From the NCBI RefSeq assembly GCF_049075655.1, contig NZ_CP157522.1, forward strand, positions 1,152,001 through 1,216,000: DNA of 64,000 bases, read 5' to 3'. This DNA comes from Methanothermococcus sp. Ax23. GTDB lineage: Archaea > AGJL01 > Methanococci > Methanococcales > Methanococcaceae. Every line of letters starts with the position of its first letter. The first letter of the stretch is position 1. Below are positions 1 to 10,384 of the stretch, piece after piece. The translations under genes and the position numbers were made by a program. The notes beneath the pieces are model-generated. The model searched no databases. It was given only the letters and a program-made list of their open reading frames with translations, and was not told the origin of the DNA.

Positions 1-172
1 GGACATATATGACACCATCGGCACCAATTGAAAATCCTCTCCTACATATTTTCCTTGAAAATTCTTCTTTGTCTTCTTCTTTTATTTTTATCTCATCAAA
101 TTCATTTATTACAATATAGTCATTCCCAAGACCGTGCATTTTTGTAAATTCTAAATCTTTTATGTCCATCAT
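1..172 (-). CDS. dapF: Diaminopimelate epimerase, N-terminal part (runs off the window)
   Basis: Manual translation [22 protein letters not shown]...[16 protein letters not shown] has the DapF FTKMHGxGNDF/Y and R-x-x-x-IGADG motifs; GGTGA RBS upstream. Confidence 0.9.
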   Translation of the reverse strand, partial: MMDIKDLEFTKMHGLGNDYIVINEFDEIKIKEEDKEEFSRKICRRGFSIGADGVIYV

Positions 173-250
173 ATCACCATATTTATTTAATTACTTATTT
201 AAATATTCAATATTTTCAAAAAATTTAAAAAATAAAATAATAATAAAAAA

Positions 251-541
251 TTATTCTGCACTTGGTCTTTTGCTTATGATTTTAACCTTGTTTATTTTTG
301 ATTCATCAATAACAACAACATCCCTTATGGCTAAAACTATTTTATATGGTATTAATCTATAACAGTCATCAGATGGAGGTATAGGGCTCTGGTCTGATGG
401 TTCCACATCTAATGAAATTATTTTTCCAGTATTCTCATCAATTACCACATCAATTACTTTTCCTATAATGCTCCCCATATTTCCTACAATTGATTTTCCA
501 TATAACCTTTTAAATGGAATTTTAGTATCATTCATTCTCAT
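251..541 (-). CDS. PRC-barrel domain protein
   Basis: LYGKSIVGNMGSIIGKVIDVVIDENTGKI...IPYKIVLAIRDVVVI is a typical PRC-barrel pattern. Confidence 0.8.
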   Translation of the reverse strand: MRMNDTKIPFKRLYGKSIVGNMGSIIGKVIDVVIDENTGKIISLDVEPSDQSPIPPSDDCYRLIPYKIVLAIRDVVVIDESKINKVKIISKRPSAE

Positions 542-574
542 AAACTCACCGTATATATTATTATCATTATTATT

Positions 575-1162
575 TTATTCCAGCAGTTGATTTTCAACAA
601 GGTTTCTATCTTCCAAGGTATTTATATTTAATATTGGTTCATCAATTATATATAATTCTTCTCTTTGTTCGCCATACTTTGGACTTAGTATATTAATGCC
701 TAATGGAACATAGCCATTCAGCACGATACTGGGATTACCTGGATAGGCATCTTTTTCAATAGCTACACAGAGGGATTCTAAATTAGTTATTTTAGATTTT
801 ATACTATGGTATTGATTTATAATTTTATTTATGGTTTTTGATTTGATTGTGGGAATATCGCAGGATAGCACCATGAAAGGTTCTGAAAAATATACTATAC
901 ATTCGTTTAAATCATGAACATAATCTATTCCTAATGTTTTAATCAAATGTATATTTTTATTATCGTCGTATTTTTTAGCCAAATACTCCTCGGTTTTTGA
1001 GGTATTTTTTGATACTGCAATATATATATTGTTAATATTAGATTTTAAAAGCGCTTCAATAACATAATCTATCATAGGTTTTTTTAGAATGGGCAATAAA
1101 GGTTTTTCAATAGCTAAATTTAACCTCGTGCCTTTTCCACCAGCCATTATTAACGCATCCAT
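575..1162 (-). CDS. cobY: Adenosylcobinamide-phosphate guanylyltransferase (NTP transferase)
   Basis: MDALIMAGGKGTRL...EKPL, final NINTLEDR; archaeal CobY size and pattern. Confidence 0.8.
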   Translation of the reverse strand: MDALIMAGGKGTRLNLAIEKPLLPILKKPMIDYVIEALLKSNINNIYIAVSKNTSKTEEYLAKKYDDNKNIHLIKTLGIDYVHDLNECIVYFSEPFMVLSCDIPTIKSKTINKIINQYHSIKSKITNLESLCVAIEKDAYPGNPSIVLNGYVPLGINILSPKYGEQREELYIIDEPILNINTLEDRNLVENQLLE

Positions 1163-1259
1163 ATTGTCACAGTTATATTATATGATTATAAATAGTTATA
1201 ATAACATATATCAATAATAAAAATATATATGTATGATGTAAAAAATAAAAAGGGAAATC

Positions 1260-1850
1260 ATGGAATTATTAGGTTATATAGTTATAACAAATTTGATAAT
1301 TTTGGTTGTATTATTATATTTCGTTTTTAATTTGTCAAAGAAAATTGATATATTGGCATTAACCGATAAAACTAATAATTCATCCATAACTAATATAAAC
1401 CCTCAAACCAAAAAAACCAAAATAGAACTATTAAACGATGAGAAATATTATTACTATGTTCTTAATCTCATATCTTCTGCTAAAAAAGAAATAAATATCA
1501 TCATGTTTTCAATATATAAATGTAAAAAAACAGAAGATATACTACATGAACTTATAAATGCTAGAAAAAGAGGCGTAATGGTTAGAGTTATACTTGATGG
1601 AGAGGTAGAATCCAATAAATTAATAAAACATTTACTAAGTAGTGAGCGAATACCTGTAAAACTAACTGAACGCCAAAGAACCCATAATAAACTTATAATT
1701 GTAGATGATGAAATAGTAGTGCTTGGAAGCCATAATTGGACTGATAAAGCACTTTTTGAAAATAGAGAATCTAGTGTTGCTATAATCGATAAAAAAATAG
1801 TTAATAAAGAGAAAGATTATTTTGAGTCAGTATGGGGTTCTATAAAATAA
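1260..1850 (+). CDS. Membrane-anchored phospholipase D/Nuc-like protein with a single HKD motif
   Basis: Hydrophobic N-terminus; THNKLIIVDD...GSHNWT...NRE. Confidence 0.8.
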   Translation: MELLGYIVITNLIILVVLLYFVFNLSKKIDILALTDKTNNSSITNINPQTKKTKIELLNDEKYYYYVLNLISSAKKEINIIMFSIYKCKKTEDILHELINARKRGVMVRVILDGEVESNKLIKHLLSSERIPVKLTERQRTHNKLIIVDDEIVVLGSHNWTDKALFENRESSVAIIDKKIVNKEKDYFESVWGSIK

Positions 1851-1871
1851 TGCAATAATATGGTGAATTAA

Positions 1872-2318
1872 ATGAAAAAAAGTTTAAAGGTCAAGCCAAT
1901 TGAAAACGGAACAGTAATCGACCACATAAACAAAGGAAAAGCATTAAAAGTTTATAAGGTTTTAAACATAGATAAAAATCAAACTGTAACTATTGCCATG
2001 AATGTGTCATCTGAAAAAAATGAAAAAAAAGATGTTTTAAAGATAGAAGGTATAGAGCTCTCAAAAGAAGATGTAAATAAAATAAGTCTTATATCTCCAA
2101 ATGCCACAATAAACATAATAAAGGATGGAGTTGTTGTAAGAAAATTTAAAGTTGAAATACCCGACACCATAGAAGGTATATTAAAATGCACAAATCCAAA
2201 CTGCATTACTCAGATTGAAAATATTGCCGGTAAATTTAAAGTTGAAGAGAAAGAACCTTTAAAAATAAGATGTGCATACTGTGAAAAATTTTTAAATTCT
2301 ATTGAAATATGTCGATAA
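1872..2318 (+). CDS. pyrI: Aspartate carbamoyltransferase regulatory subunit
   Basis: LKVKPIENGTVIDHI; Zn-binding CTNPNCIT and RCAYCE. Confidence 0.96.
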   Translation: MKKSLKVKPIENGTVIDHINKGKALKVYKVLNIDKNQTVTIAMNVSSEKNEKKDVLKIEGIELSKEDVNKISLISPNATINIIKDGVVVRKFKVEIPDTIEGILKCTNPNCITQIENIAGKFKVEEKEPLKIRCAYCEKFLNSIEICR

Positions 2319-2488
2319 GGTGAAGTACCCCTTCCGTAAGGAAGGGGCTTCCTGCTTCACTGAACGAGCTTGCCATCATCGGTAGTTATTAACACCTAGG
2401 TAGAGGCTCACTTCTCCACAGGCTCACCCCCGCCTCCCGCAGGTGTATGGAGATAGTGTAGAATGGGCTTGGTTTTCACCCATTAACA
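2300..2488 (-). ncRNA. Putative TnpB omegaRNA/sotRNA scaffold plus flanking guide
   Basis: Minus strand reads GAGCCTGTGGAG...GGCAAGCTCGTTCAGTGAAGCAGGAAGCCCCTTCCTTACGGAAGGGGTACTTCAC, the pattern found at tnpB 3' ends; TATA-like AAAAATATAAATA lies about 25 nt upstream; boundaries approximate. Confidence 0.65.
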
Positions 2489-2574
2489 TATTATATCTTA
2501 TGATATCTATTATTTATATTTTTGGTCGGCTCTCATCCCCGCCATTACGGACGGGGTCTTCCCGCCGATATTGG
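2320..2574 (-). mobile_element. Non-autonomous IS200/IS605 (IS1341-like) derivative with both end hairpins and no tnpA/tnpB
   Basis: GC-rich island. Left-end bulged hairpin at 2537-2556; right-end perfect hairpin CCCCTTCC-GTAA-GGAAGGGG at 2328-2347, followed on the minus strand by TACTTCAC; candidate target motif TTTAT (minus strand, 2579-2575) abuts the left end. Confidence 0.8.
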
Positions 2575-2694
2575 ATAAATTAATTGAAATAAAAATAATA
2601 ATAGATAAAAAATAAAAAATGAAATATAACGAAAAAGATATAGATGAAAGATAAGAAAGATATATGAAAGGATATGGAATATTAAGGTGATATT

Positions 2695-3780
2695 GTGAAA
2701 TTACATGAATATGAAGCAAAGGAAATATTTAAAAAATATAAAATACCTGTTCCAGAAGGATTCATAACATCAACAGAAATCGAAAAATTAGACAAACCTG
2801 CTGTAATAAAGGCACAAGTTCTTGTAGGTGGAAGGGGAAAAGCCGGTGGAATTTTATTTGCGGATACCGTGGATGAAGCTAATGAGAAAATCAAGGAATT
2901 ATTAAACAAAGATATAAAAGGAGAAAAAGTTGAAAAAGTCCTCATTGAAGAGAAAATTCCTATTAAAAAGGAATATTATTTAGGAATAACAATAGATAGG
3001 GCAGAGAGAAAGCCAGTAATCATGTTTTCAACAGAAGGTGGGGTAGAAATAGAGGAAGTTGCAAAAACCAATCCTGAAAAAATAATAAAATACCATGTTA
3101 ATCCACAGGATGAATTTTTACCATATATTGCGAGAAATATTTTAAAAGATGCAGAAATTCCTTCAAATGAAATTCCGAAGGTTGCAGATATAATTTACAA
3201 ATTATACAATGTATTTAAAGATATGGATGGAATGCTTGTGGAGATAAACCCTGTTGTAATTACAGAAGATGGAAGAGCTCTCGCAGCTGATGCAGTTTTG
3301 AATGTGGATGATGATGCATATTATAGGCATGACTACACCCAATTTGAAGAATATAGTAAAAAAGATAAACTTGAATTTGCCTATGTAGAGCTCGATGGAG
3401 ATATTGGAGTCATAGGAAATGGTGCTGGCCTCACACTTGCAAGTATGGATATGGTAAAAGAATATGGTGGAAATCCAGCATGTTTCTTAGATATTGGAGG
3501 CGGAGCAAATGAAGAGACCGTTAAAAAAGCACTTGAAAAGGTATTAGAAAGGGATGTAAAAGGTATATTTATAAATGTGCTTGCAGGTATTACAAGGTGC
3601 GATGAAGTTGCAAAGGGCATTGTTGAAGTATTGAAAAAACATCCAGATGTAAAGTTTGCCGTAAGGATGATGGGGACAAACGAAGAAGAAGGAAGAAAAA
3701 TATTAACTGAAAACGGCATCCCATTTGAACGCTCAATGGAAGGTGCCGCTAAAAAATTGATGGAAATGATTAATTCATAA
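2695..3780 (+). CDS. sucC: Succinyl-CoA synthetase beta subunit
   Basis: MKLHEYEAK, KAQVLVGGRGKAGGI, GNGAGL, PACFLDIGGGA. Confidence 0.95.
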   Translation: MKLHEYEAKEIFKKYKIPVPEGFITSTEIEKLDKPAVIKAQVLVGGRGKAGGILFADTVDEANEKIKELLNKDIKGEKVEKVLIEEKIPIKKEYYLGITIDRAERKPVIMFSTEGGVEIEEVAKTNPEKIIKYHVNPQDEFLPYIARNILKDAEIPSNEIPKVADIIYKLYNVFKDMDGMLVEINPVVITEDGRALAADAVLNVDDDAYYRHDYTQFEEYSKKDKLEFAYVELDGDIGVIGNGAGLTLASMDMVKEYGGNPACFLDIGGGANEETVKKALEKVLERDVKGIFINVLAGITRCDEVAKGIVEVLKKHPDVKFAVRMMGTNEEEGRKILTENGIPFERSMEGAAKKLMEMINS

Positions 3781-3970
3781 CTTACAATAATATTTCATAA
3801 AAATCTATTTATTAATATATTATAATATCACACTATTTTAAAATTAAAAATTAAAGTTAAAAATAAATACTATTTGTTATAACCATAATGAGAAATATAT
3901 TTAATTTATAATTTATTATAATTATTATAATTTTTATAGCAATTACAAATATATCATCACAGGTGGAATT

Positions 3971-5410
3971 TTGAAAAGGAATGATATACAGAAGGTAATG
4001 ATATTAGGTTCCGGACCTATCGTAATAGGTCAGGCGGCAGAATTCGATTTTTCAGGTTCTCAGGCGTGTAAGTCGTTGAGAGAAGAAGGAATATATACTA
4101 TTTTGGTAAATTCAAACCCTGCAACAATCCAAACTGATACCAATATTGCAGATAAAGTTTATCTTGAACCACTTCATCCAAAGATTGTGGAAAAAATTAT
4201 AGAGAAGGAAAGGCCTGATGCCATACTTCCAACGATGGGCGGTCAGACTGGATTAAATCTAGCCATGGACCTCCACAGAATGGGAGTTTTAGAAAAATAC
4301 GGCGTAGAATTGCTTGGTTCAAAAGTGGAAGTAATAGAAACAAGTGAAGATAGGGAGCTCTTCAACAGAGCTATGGAAGAAATAGGTGAGCCAGTAACAA
4401 AATCTTATGCTGTAAATTCAATTGAAGAGGCATTGGATGCAGTAGCTGAGCTCGGTTATCCTGTGATAGTTAGACCTGCATTCACACTTGGAGGAACTGG
4501 TGGAGGTATTGCCCACAACGAAGAGGAACTAATAGAAATTACTGAAAAAGGTCTTAAATATTCTATCATCAATCAGGTTTTAATAGATGAAAGCGTTCTT
4601 GGATGGAAAGAATATGAATACGAAGTAATGAGGGATGCAAAGGATAACTGTATTGTTGTATGTAATATGGAAAACATAGACCCTATGGGAATACACACAG
4701 GAGAAAGTATTGTTGTAGCTCCATCCCAGACCCTAAGTGATGAAGTGCATCAAAGACTTAGAAATGCGGCATTGAAAATCATAAGACACTTAAAGATAGA
4801 AGGGGGCTGTAATGTCCAGTTTGCCGTAAATAAAGACATGACTGAGTATAGAGTAATCGAGGTAAATCCAAGAGTAAGTAGGAGCTCCGCACTTGCAAGT
4901 AAGGCAACAGGATATCCAATTGCTAAGATAGCTGCTAAGATAGCCATTGGAATGACCCTTGATGAGATTAAAAATGATGTTACAAAGGAAACTCCTGCGA
5001 GCTTCGAGCCAACTCTTGATTATGTTGTTGTAAAGATACCAAGATGGCCATTTGACAAGTTTAGAACTGTTGATAAGCACTTAGGAACAAGTATGAAATC
5101 CACAGGAGAAGTAATGGCAATAGGTAGGACCCTTGAAGAAGCACTTCAAAAGGCAATTAGAAGTTTAGATATTGGAAGACATGGTTTAATTGGAGATGGC
5201 AAGGGTATAAGCTATACCAACGAGGAAATCAACGATATATTAAAAAATCCAACTGATGAAAGAATATTTGTAATAGCTGAGGCACTTGATAGGGGCTGGA
5301 CAGTTTCAGAAATATGCGAATTAACAAACATAAATGAATTTTTCATTAAGAAAATAAAAAATATTGTTGATATGAAGAAGGAGCTCGAAGTTTTATCTAA
5401 GTTAATTTAA
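3971..5410 (+). CDS. carB1: Carbamoyl-phosphate synthase large subunit, N-terminal half
   Basis: [41 protein letters not shown]. Confidence 0.95.
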   Translation: MKRNDIQKVMILGSGPIVIGQAAEFDFSGSQACKSLREEGIYTILVNSNPATIQTDTNIADKVYLEPLHPKIVEKIIEKERPDAILPTMGGQTGLNLAMDLHRMGVLEKYGVELLGSKVEVIETSEDRELFNRAMEEIGEPVTKSYAVNSIEEALDAVAELGYPVIVRPAFTLGGTGGGIAHNEEELIEITEKGLKYSIINQVLIDESVLGWKEYEYEVMRDAKDNCIVVCNMENIDPMGIHTGESIVVAPSQTLSDEVHQRLRNAALKIIRHLKIEGGCNVQFAVNKDMTEYRVIEVNPRVSRSSALASKATGYPIAKIAAKIAIGMTLDEIKNDVTKETPASFEPTLDYVVVKIPRWPFDKFRTVDKHLGTSMKSTGEVMAIGRTLEEALQKAIRSLDIGRHGLIGDGKGISYTNEEINDILKNPTDERIFVIAEALDRGWTVSEICELTNINEFFIKKIKNIVDMKKELEVLSKLI

Positions 5411-5455
5411 AGAATTAATTTAATAATTATCATTATATTATTTATGGTGAAACAC

Positions 5456-7270
5456 ATGGTAGAAAACGAAAAACTAAAAGAAGTAATACTTAAAGCAAAA
5501 ATGCTTGGTTTTTCCGATGTTCAATTGGCGAATTTATTAAACAAGGACGAGAAGGAAATTAGAGAATTAAGAAAAGAGCTCAATGTAGTGCCAGTTTATA
5601 AAATGGTAGATACCTGTGCTGCTGAATTCGAAGCAAAAACACCATACTATTACTCCTGCTATGAAAATCTATTTTATGACGAACAGAACGAAAGCGTTCC
5701 ATCGGACAGGAAGAAGGTAATAATTTTAGGTTCAGGACCTATAAGAATTGGTCAGGGTGTAGAATTCGATTATTCAACAGTTCATGCAATATTTGCTTTA
5801 AAAGATATGGGAATTGAGGCAATAATTGTAAATAACAACCCTGAAACAGTATCCACAGATTACGATACCTCAGATAAACTCTATTTTGAGCCGCTTACCT
5901 TTGAGGAAATTATGAATATTATTGAAAACGAAAATAAAAACGGCGAGTTGTTGGGAGTAGTTGTTCAGTTTGGAGGGCAGACCGCAATAAACCTTGCTAT
6001 GAAGTTATACAATGCTGGTGTAAATATACTTGGAACATCACCTCAATCCATTGATTTAGCAGAGGATAGAGAGCAGTTCTCCGAGATATTGAAAAAATTG
6101 AATATACCTCAGGCTGAGGGAGCTACGGTATATAATGAAGAAGATGCCTTAAAAGTTGCTGAAAAAATCGGTTATCCTGTGCTTGTTAGACCGTCCTATG
6201 TTCTCGGTGGAAGGGCAATGGAAATCGTATATAATGAGGATGAATTAAAGGACTATATGAAAGAGGCTGTAAAGGTATCCTCCGAGCATCCTATATTAAT
6301 TGACAAGTTTTTAGATGATGCAGTTGAAGTTGATGTGGATGCTATTTGCGACGGCGAAGATGTGTTTATTGGAGGAATTATGGAACACATCGAAGAAGCC
6401 GGAGTTCATAGTGGAGATAGTGCCTGCGTAATACCACCTCAGACACTTTCAAAGGATATCGTAGATACAATCGTAGATTACACAACAAAACTTGCAAAAG
6501 AGTTGGGTGTAGTTGGATTGATAAATATACAGTATGCCATAAAGGATGGAATTGTTTATATTATTGAGGCAAACCCAAGGGCAAGTAGAACAATACCTTA
6601 TGTAAGTAAATCCGTTGGAGTTCCTCTTGCAAAGATTGCCACAAAGGTTATAATGGGACACAAACTTAAAGACATGGGATATGTTGGATTGGCAGAGGCA
6701 AAGTATGTAAGTGTTAAAGAGGCAGTATTCCCATTCCAAAAACTACCTGGCGTGGACCCTGTCCTTAGTCCAGAGATGAAATCAACAGGGGAGGCAATAG
6801 GTATTGATACCGACTTTGGTAAGGCATATTATAAAGCACAGCTATCTGCAAACATGGAGCTCCCAACTTCTGGAACAGTGTTCATAAGTGTTAAAAAGAA
6901 AGACAGAAAACATGTCCTTAAAATAGCCGAGAAATTTAATGAATTGGGATTCAATATTGTGGCTACAAGGGGAACAGCGGAAGAGATTAGAAATGGAGGA
7001 ATAGATGCAAAAGTTGTTAAAAAGATATCCGAGGGCATGACTGGAAATATTCTTGAATTAATTCAGAAGGGAGAAATCGATTTAATTATAAACACCTCCT
7101 CAGGAAGCAAGGCAAAATCAGACGGATACTACATTAGAAGGGCAGCAGTGGAGTTTAACTTGCCATATATTACAACAATTCAAGGGGCACTATCCACAAT
7201 TAAGGCGATAGAATCCATTAAAAAAGGAGATTTAGGAGTTTATTCTTTGAATGAGCTTGAAAATAAATAA
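5456..7270 (+). CDS. carB2: Carbamoyl-phosphate synthase large subunit, C-terminal half
   Basis: YKMVDTCAAEFEA, GSGPIRIGQGVEFDY, C-terminal MGS-like domain; own GGTGA RBS before ATG 5456. Confidence 0.95.
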   Translation: MVENEKLKEVILKAKMLGFSDVQLANLLNKDEKEIRELRKELNVVPVYKMVDTCAAEFEAKTPYYYSCYENLFYDEQNESVPSDRKKVIILGSGPIRIGQGVEFDYSTVHAIFALKDMGIEAIIVNNNPETVSTDYDTSDKLYFEPLTFEEIMNIIENENKNGELLGVVVQFGGQTAINLAMKLYNAGVNILGTSPQSIDLAEDREQFSEILKKLNIPQAEGATVYNEEDALKVAEKIGYPVLVRPSYVLGGRAMEIVYNEDELKDYMKEAVKVSSEHPILIDKFLDDAVEVDVDAICDGEDVFIGGIMEHIEEAGVHSGDSACVIPPQTLSKDIVDTIVDYTTKLAKELGVVGLINIQYAIKDGIVYIIEANPRASRTIPYVSKSVGVPLAKIATKVIMGHKLKDMGYVGLAEAKYVSVKEAVFPFQKLPGVDPVLSPEMKSTGEAIGIDTDFGKAYYKAQLSANMELPTSGTVFISVKKKDRKHVLKIAEKFNELGFNIVATRGTAEEIRNGGIDAKVVKKISEGMTGNILELIQKGEIDLIINTSSGSKAKSDGYYIRRAAVEFNLPYITTIQGALSTIKAIESIKKGDLGVYSLNELENK

Positions 7271-7418
7271 AAATAAATAATAAAACATAATAATTTTTAT
7301 TTTTTAATCTAATTATTATAGTTATAATTATTATAATTATTATCAATTAATTTACTAAATTTTTTTATTTTATTGAATAAATATCAATTACTTAGCAATT
7401 AAACTTAACTGTGATAAA

Positions 7419-8501
7419 ATGGAAAGTTATTTAAAAGAACTCAGAAATAAGCATTTAAAAAAGAGAAAAAAGAAAAATCCAAACATGCCCATAGCCACAT
7501 GGGTTCAGGATGATATATTTTTGGATAAAACTATTGGAAAGAGCTTAACAATCATATTGAGAACTGTTGGTTGTAGATGGGCATACGAAAGCGGCGGATG
7601 CACAATGTGCAGTTATTTAATGGATAGCTCCCCTATAAAAATAAGTGCTGAGAACATTATAAACCAGTTTGAGCATGCCCTAAATAAATACAAAGAGGAA
7701 ATAATAAAAAATCCAAAAAATTATTCAATAAAGTTATTTACATCAGGTAGTTTTTTAGATGAATTCGAGGTTCCAAAAGAGGCGAAGGAACATATTTTCA
7801 AAAAAATAGGGGAGCTCCCCATAAAAGAGGTAGCAGTTGAATCAAGACCTGAGTTCATTACAGATGATAATTTAAAAATAATACGAAAATATATCGATAA
7901 TGAGATAAATGTGGAAATAGGAGTGGGAATCGAGACATTAAATGAAAAAATAAGAAATGTATCAATCCATAAAGGAGTATCTACTGAGGACATTAAAAGT
8001 GCCATAGAAACTGCGAAAAAATACAATATTGGAATAAAGGCATATCTATTAATAAAACCGCCGTTTATTACTGAAAAGCAGGCGGTTGTTGATTCAATTC
8101 ATTCTGCAAATGAGTGCATAAGGATGGGATGCAGTAGAATATCATATTGTCCAGCAACAGTTCATAAGGGAACTTTAATAGAATTACTCTGGAAAAAGAA
8201 CCAATACAGACCGCCGTTTTTATGGAGTGTTTTGGAAATATTGAAGGAGGTAAAATCTCAAAACCCTGATAAACTTATCATGTGTGATACATCAGGAATT
8301 CCATCCAATAGGGGAGCTCATAATAAGATGGACTGTAAATGCAACTATGAAATAAAAGAGATACTTAACGACTTCACAATTACTCAGGATTTGTCATTGA
8401 TTGAAGGAGCTCTCGATATGGGATGCGAATGTAAAAAATACTGGGAAGAATTTATAAACTTTGAAGAAAAGAACATTGTTCCATTGGGAGATAATAAATA
8501 A
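7419..8501 (+). CDS. Archaeosine biosynthesis radical SAM protein (RaSEA-like)
   Basis: RTVGCRWAYESGGCTMC (CX8CX2C), KLFTSGSFLD, YLLIKPPF, YRPPFLWS, RGAHN. Confidence 0.8.
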   Translation: MESYLKELRNKHLKKRKKKNPNMPIATWVQDDIFLDKTIGKSLTIILRTVGCRWAYESGGCTMCSYLMDSSPIKISAENIINQFEHALNKYKEEIIKNPKNYSIKLFTSGSFLDEFEVPKEAKEHIFKKIGELPIKEVAVESRPEFITDDNLKIIRKYIDNEINVEIGVGIETLNEKIRNVSIHKGVSTEDIKSAIETAKKYNIGIKAYLLIKPPFITEKQAVVDSIHSANECIRMGCSRISYCPATVHKGTLIELLWKKNQYRPPFLWSVLEILKEVKSQNPDKLIMCDTSGIPSNRGAHNKMDCKCNYEIKEILNDFTITQDLSLIEGALDMGCECKKYWEEFINFEEKNIVPLGDNK

Positions 8502-8555
8502 TAAAAAAGAAAATCTAAAAAAGAAGTTTAAAAAATTCTATATATTATTTTTATT

Positions 8556-9530
8556 TTATTCCAATTCTTTGTATTTTAATGATTGCTTAATTACATCGAT
8601 ATTTGGTTTTCCGTAGCTCACAAGCTTTCCTGTTCTCATGTCGTTTATTGTAACAACAGCTGGTGCAAACATACCTTTGTCTATTTTATAGAAGTCGTAG
8701 TTTGCAGCTTTGAATGTTTCTAAGAATGGTTTTCCGTAGTCTGATGATGAGCAGGAAGGCAATGCTTTACATAAAGCTTCAATATCATCGTTTTCATCAC
8801 TTTCTATGTAGTAGTATGTTCTTCCACCATAAAGCACCATATCGTTTGTAGCCCCCATCATAACTAAATCATCACCGACAATTGGTGCAACTGGTGCAAT
8901 TCCTGCTGCAAATTTAACTTTATTTACATCGAAGTGAAGAGCTTCGAGCATTTTGTAGGTTCCGTTTTCTACAACTCTACCACTGATTTGTATTGAACCT
9001 ACCAATGATGCTGTTGGAGCTACTAAGAGATATACATTTTTAGGCTCAACGCCACATTTTTCAGCAACGTAATCTGCAACTTCTTCATTTGGAAGTTCTG
9101 ATGCTTCTAAACATAATATAGCAACATCTGCATCATCTTCGTATCCAATTTCTTCGTAGGTTGCCTTAGGCATTTTTGCAAGAGCTCTTGCAGGACCTGA
9201 ACCCATGGCGAAGTATTTACCAACTTTAACACTCCAGCCAGCTTTCTGAGCTCCGAGTGTTGCTATTGCTGGATGAGATGTTTTTATTTTAACGGATGGT
9301 AATACTAACTCATCATTTAATGTTCCTGTTATGCTGACACCAACATGTGCCAATCCACCCAAACATACCTTTGTATATGCCTTTCCTGCTTCAAAACTAC
9401 CTGCTACATTAACTCCACAGTCAAGAACAGTTGCTCCATTTTCAAGTGTTATTACTTCAATGTTCATGTCATCTTTTCTTTTAATCATATCTTCAACTAT
9501 TGGAAGAGCCTTTAAATTTACACTTACCAT
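8556..9530 (-). CDS. mch: Methenyl-H4MPT cyclohydrolase
   Basis: [48 protein letters not shown]. Confidence 0.96.
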   Translation of the reverse strand: MVSVNLKALPIVEDMIKRKDDMNIEVITLENGATVLDCGVNVAGSFEAGKAYTKVCLGGLAHVGVSITGTLNDELVLPSVKIKTSHPAIATLGAQKAGWSVKVGKYFAMGSGPARALAKMPKATYEEIGYEDDADVAILCLEASELPNEEVADYVAEKCGVEPKNVYLLVAPTASLVGSIQISGRVVENGTYKMLEALHFDVNKVKFAAGIAPVAPIVGDDLVMMGATNDMVLYGGRTYYYIESDENDDIEALCKALPSCSSSDYGKPFLETFKAANYDFYKIDKGMFAPAVVTINDMRTGKLVSYGKPNIDVIKQSLKYKELE

Positions 9531-9687
9531 TCTTTCACCTGATTTTTATTTATATAATATGTATCATACATATATATTTGATAATATTTTTTATATGTTT
9601 TGATTTGGTTTTAATCAATCTTGCAAGTGCATCAATTCCTTCACAATTAAAAAATAAGGTTTTACCCAAATTTAAAATGGTGATATT

Positions 9688-10215
9688 ATGATAAAAGTTC
9701 TTTATGATGGTATTTTAATAAGAGATGGCAATAGGATAACGGAAGCATCTTCTTCTATAACATTCATAAAAACAAAAAAACATAACATAATAGTCGATAC
9801 AGCTACAAAGGATAAAAAAGATTTAATTATAAGGGAATTGGATAAATTAGGATTAAAACCAGAAGATATTGATATAGTCATAAATACCCACGACCATTGG
9901 GACCATGTGGAGAATAATGATTTATTTAAAAATGCAAAACTCATAACCTATTATAATTATAGGGAGCTCGACGATGAGGAAATAGAAATTATGGAAACCC
10001 CCGGACATACAGAGGATAGTATTTCAGTAATATATAAAGACTATATCGTTGTTGGAGATGCTTCTCCTTTAAAGGATAATATATTAAAAGACATTGAACC
10101 TAAATTAAACATTGATGAAGAGCTCGCTCTGAATACTCTTAAAAAGATAAAAAGTCTAAAAAAGAATATTATTACAGGTCATGAAGGAATATATTATAAA
10201 GATTCTTATCTATAA
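9688..10215 (+). CDS. Small metallo-beta-lactamase-fold hydrolase
   Basis: THDHWDHVEN, TPGHT, VGDA, TGH. Confidence 0.85.
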   Translation: MIKVLYDGILIRDGNRITEASSSITFIKTKKHNIIVDTATKDKKDLIIRELDKLGLKPEDIDIVINTHDHWDHVENNDLFKNAKLITYYNYRELDDEEIEIMETPGHTEDSISVIYKDYIVVGDASPLKDNILKDIEPKLNIDEELALNTLKKIKSLKKNIITGHEGIYYKDSYL

Positions 10216-10384
10216 AATAGTTTAATTTAAGGTTAGCCATACAATTAATTCTTTATTTTGTGTTTATATTTTTTTAGTTTATTCTTTTTCTATTTTGTAT
10301 TCGTTGAATCAAGTATAATAACGGTTTTAATTAAATATTATGCTTTTGTAGTGTTTCCCCCCACTATGGTCTGATTTTAACTTC

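Noticed and set aside
2320-2574. GC-rich island as tRNA, SRP RNA, RNase P RNA or SECIS
   Set aside because: No cloverleaf or T-loop and no matching conserved motifs; the ends fit IS200/IS605 hairpins better
2510-2719. 69-aa minus-strand ORF
   Set aside because: Low-complexity reverse translation of an A-rich intergenic region and the element's left end
5380-5470. carB break as a pseudogene or frameshift
   Set aside because: Clean stop, AT-rich spacer and a separate RBS and ATG; split CarB is known in Methanococcales
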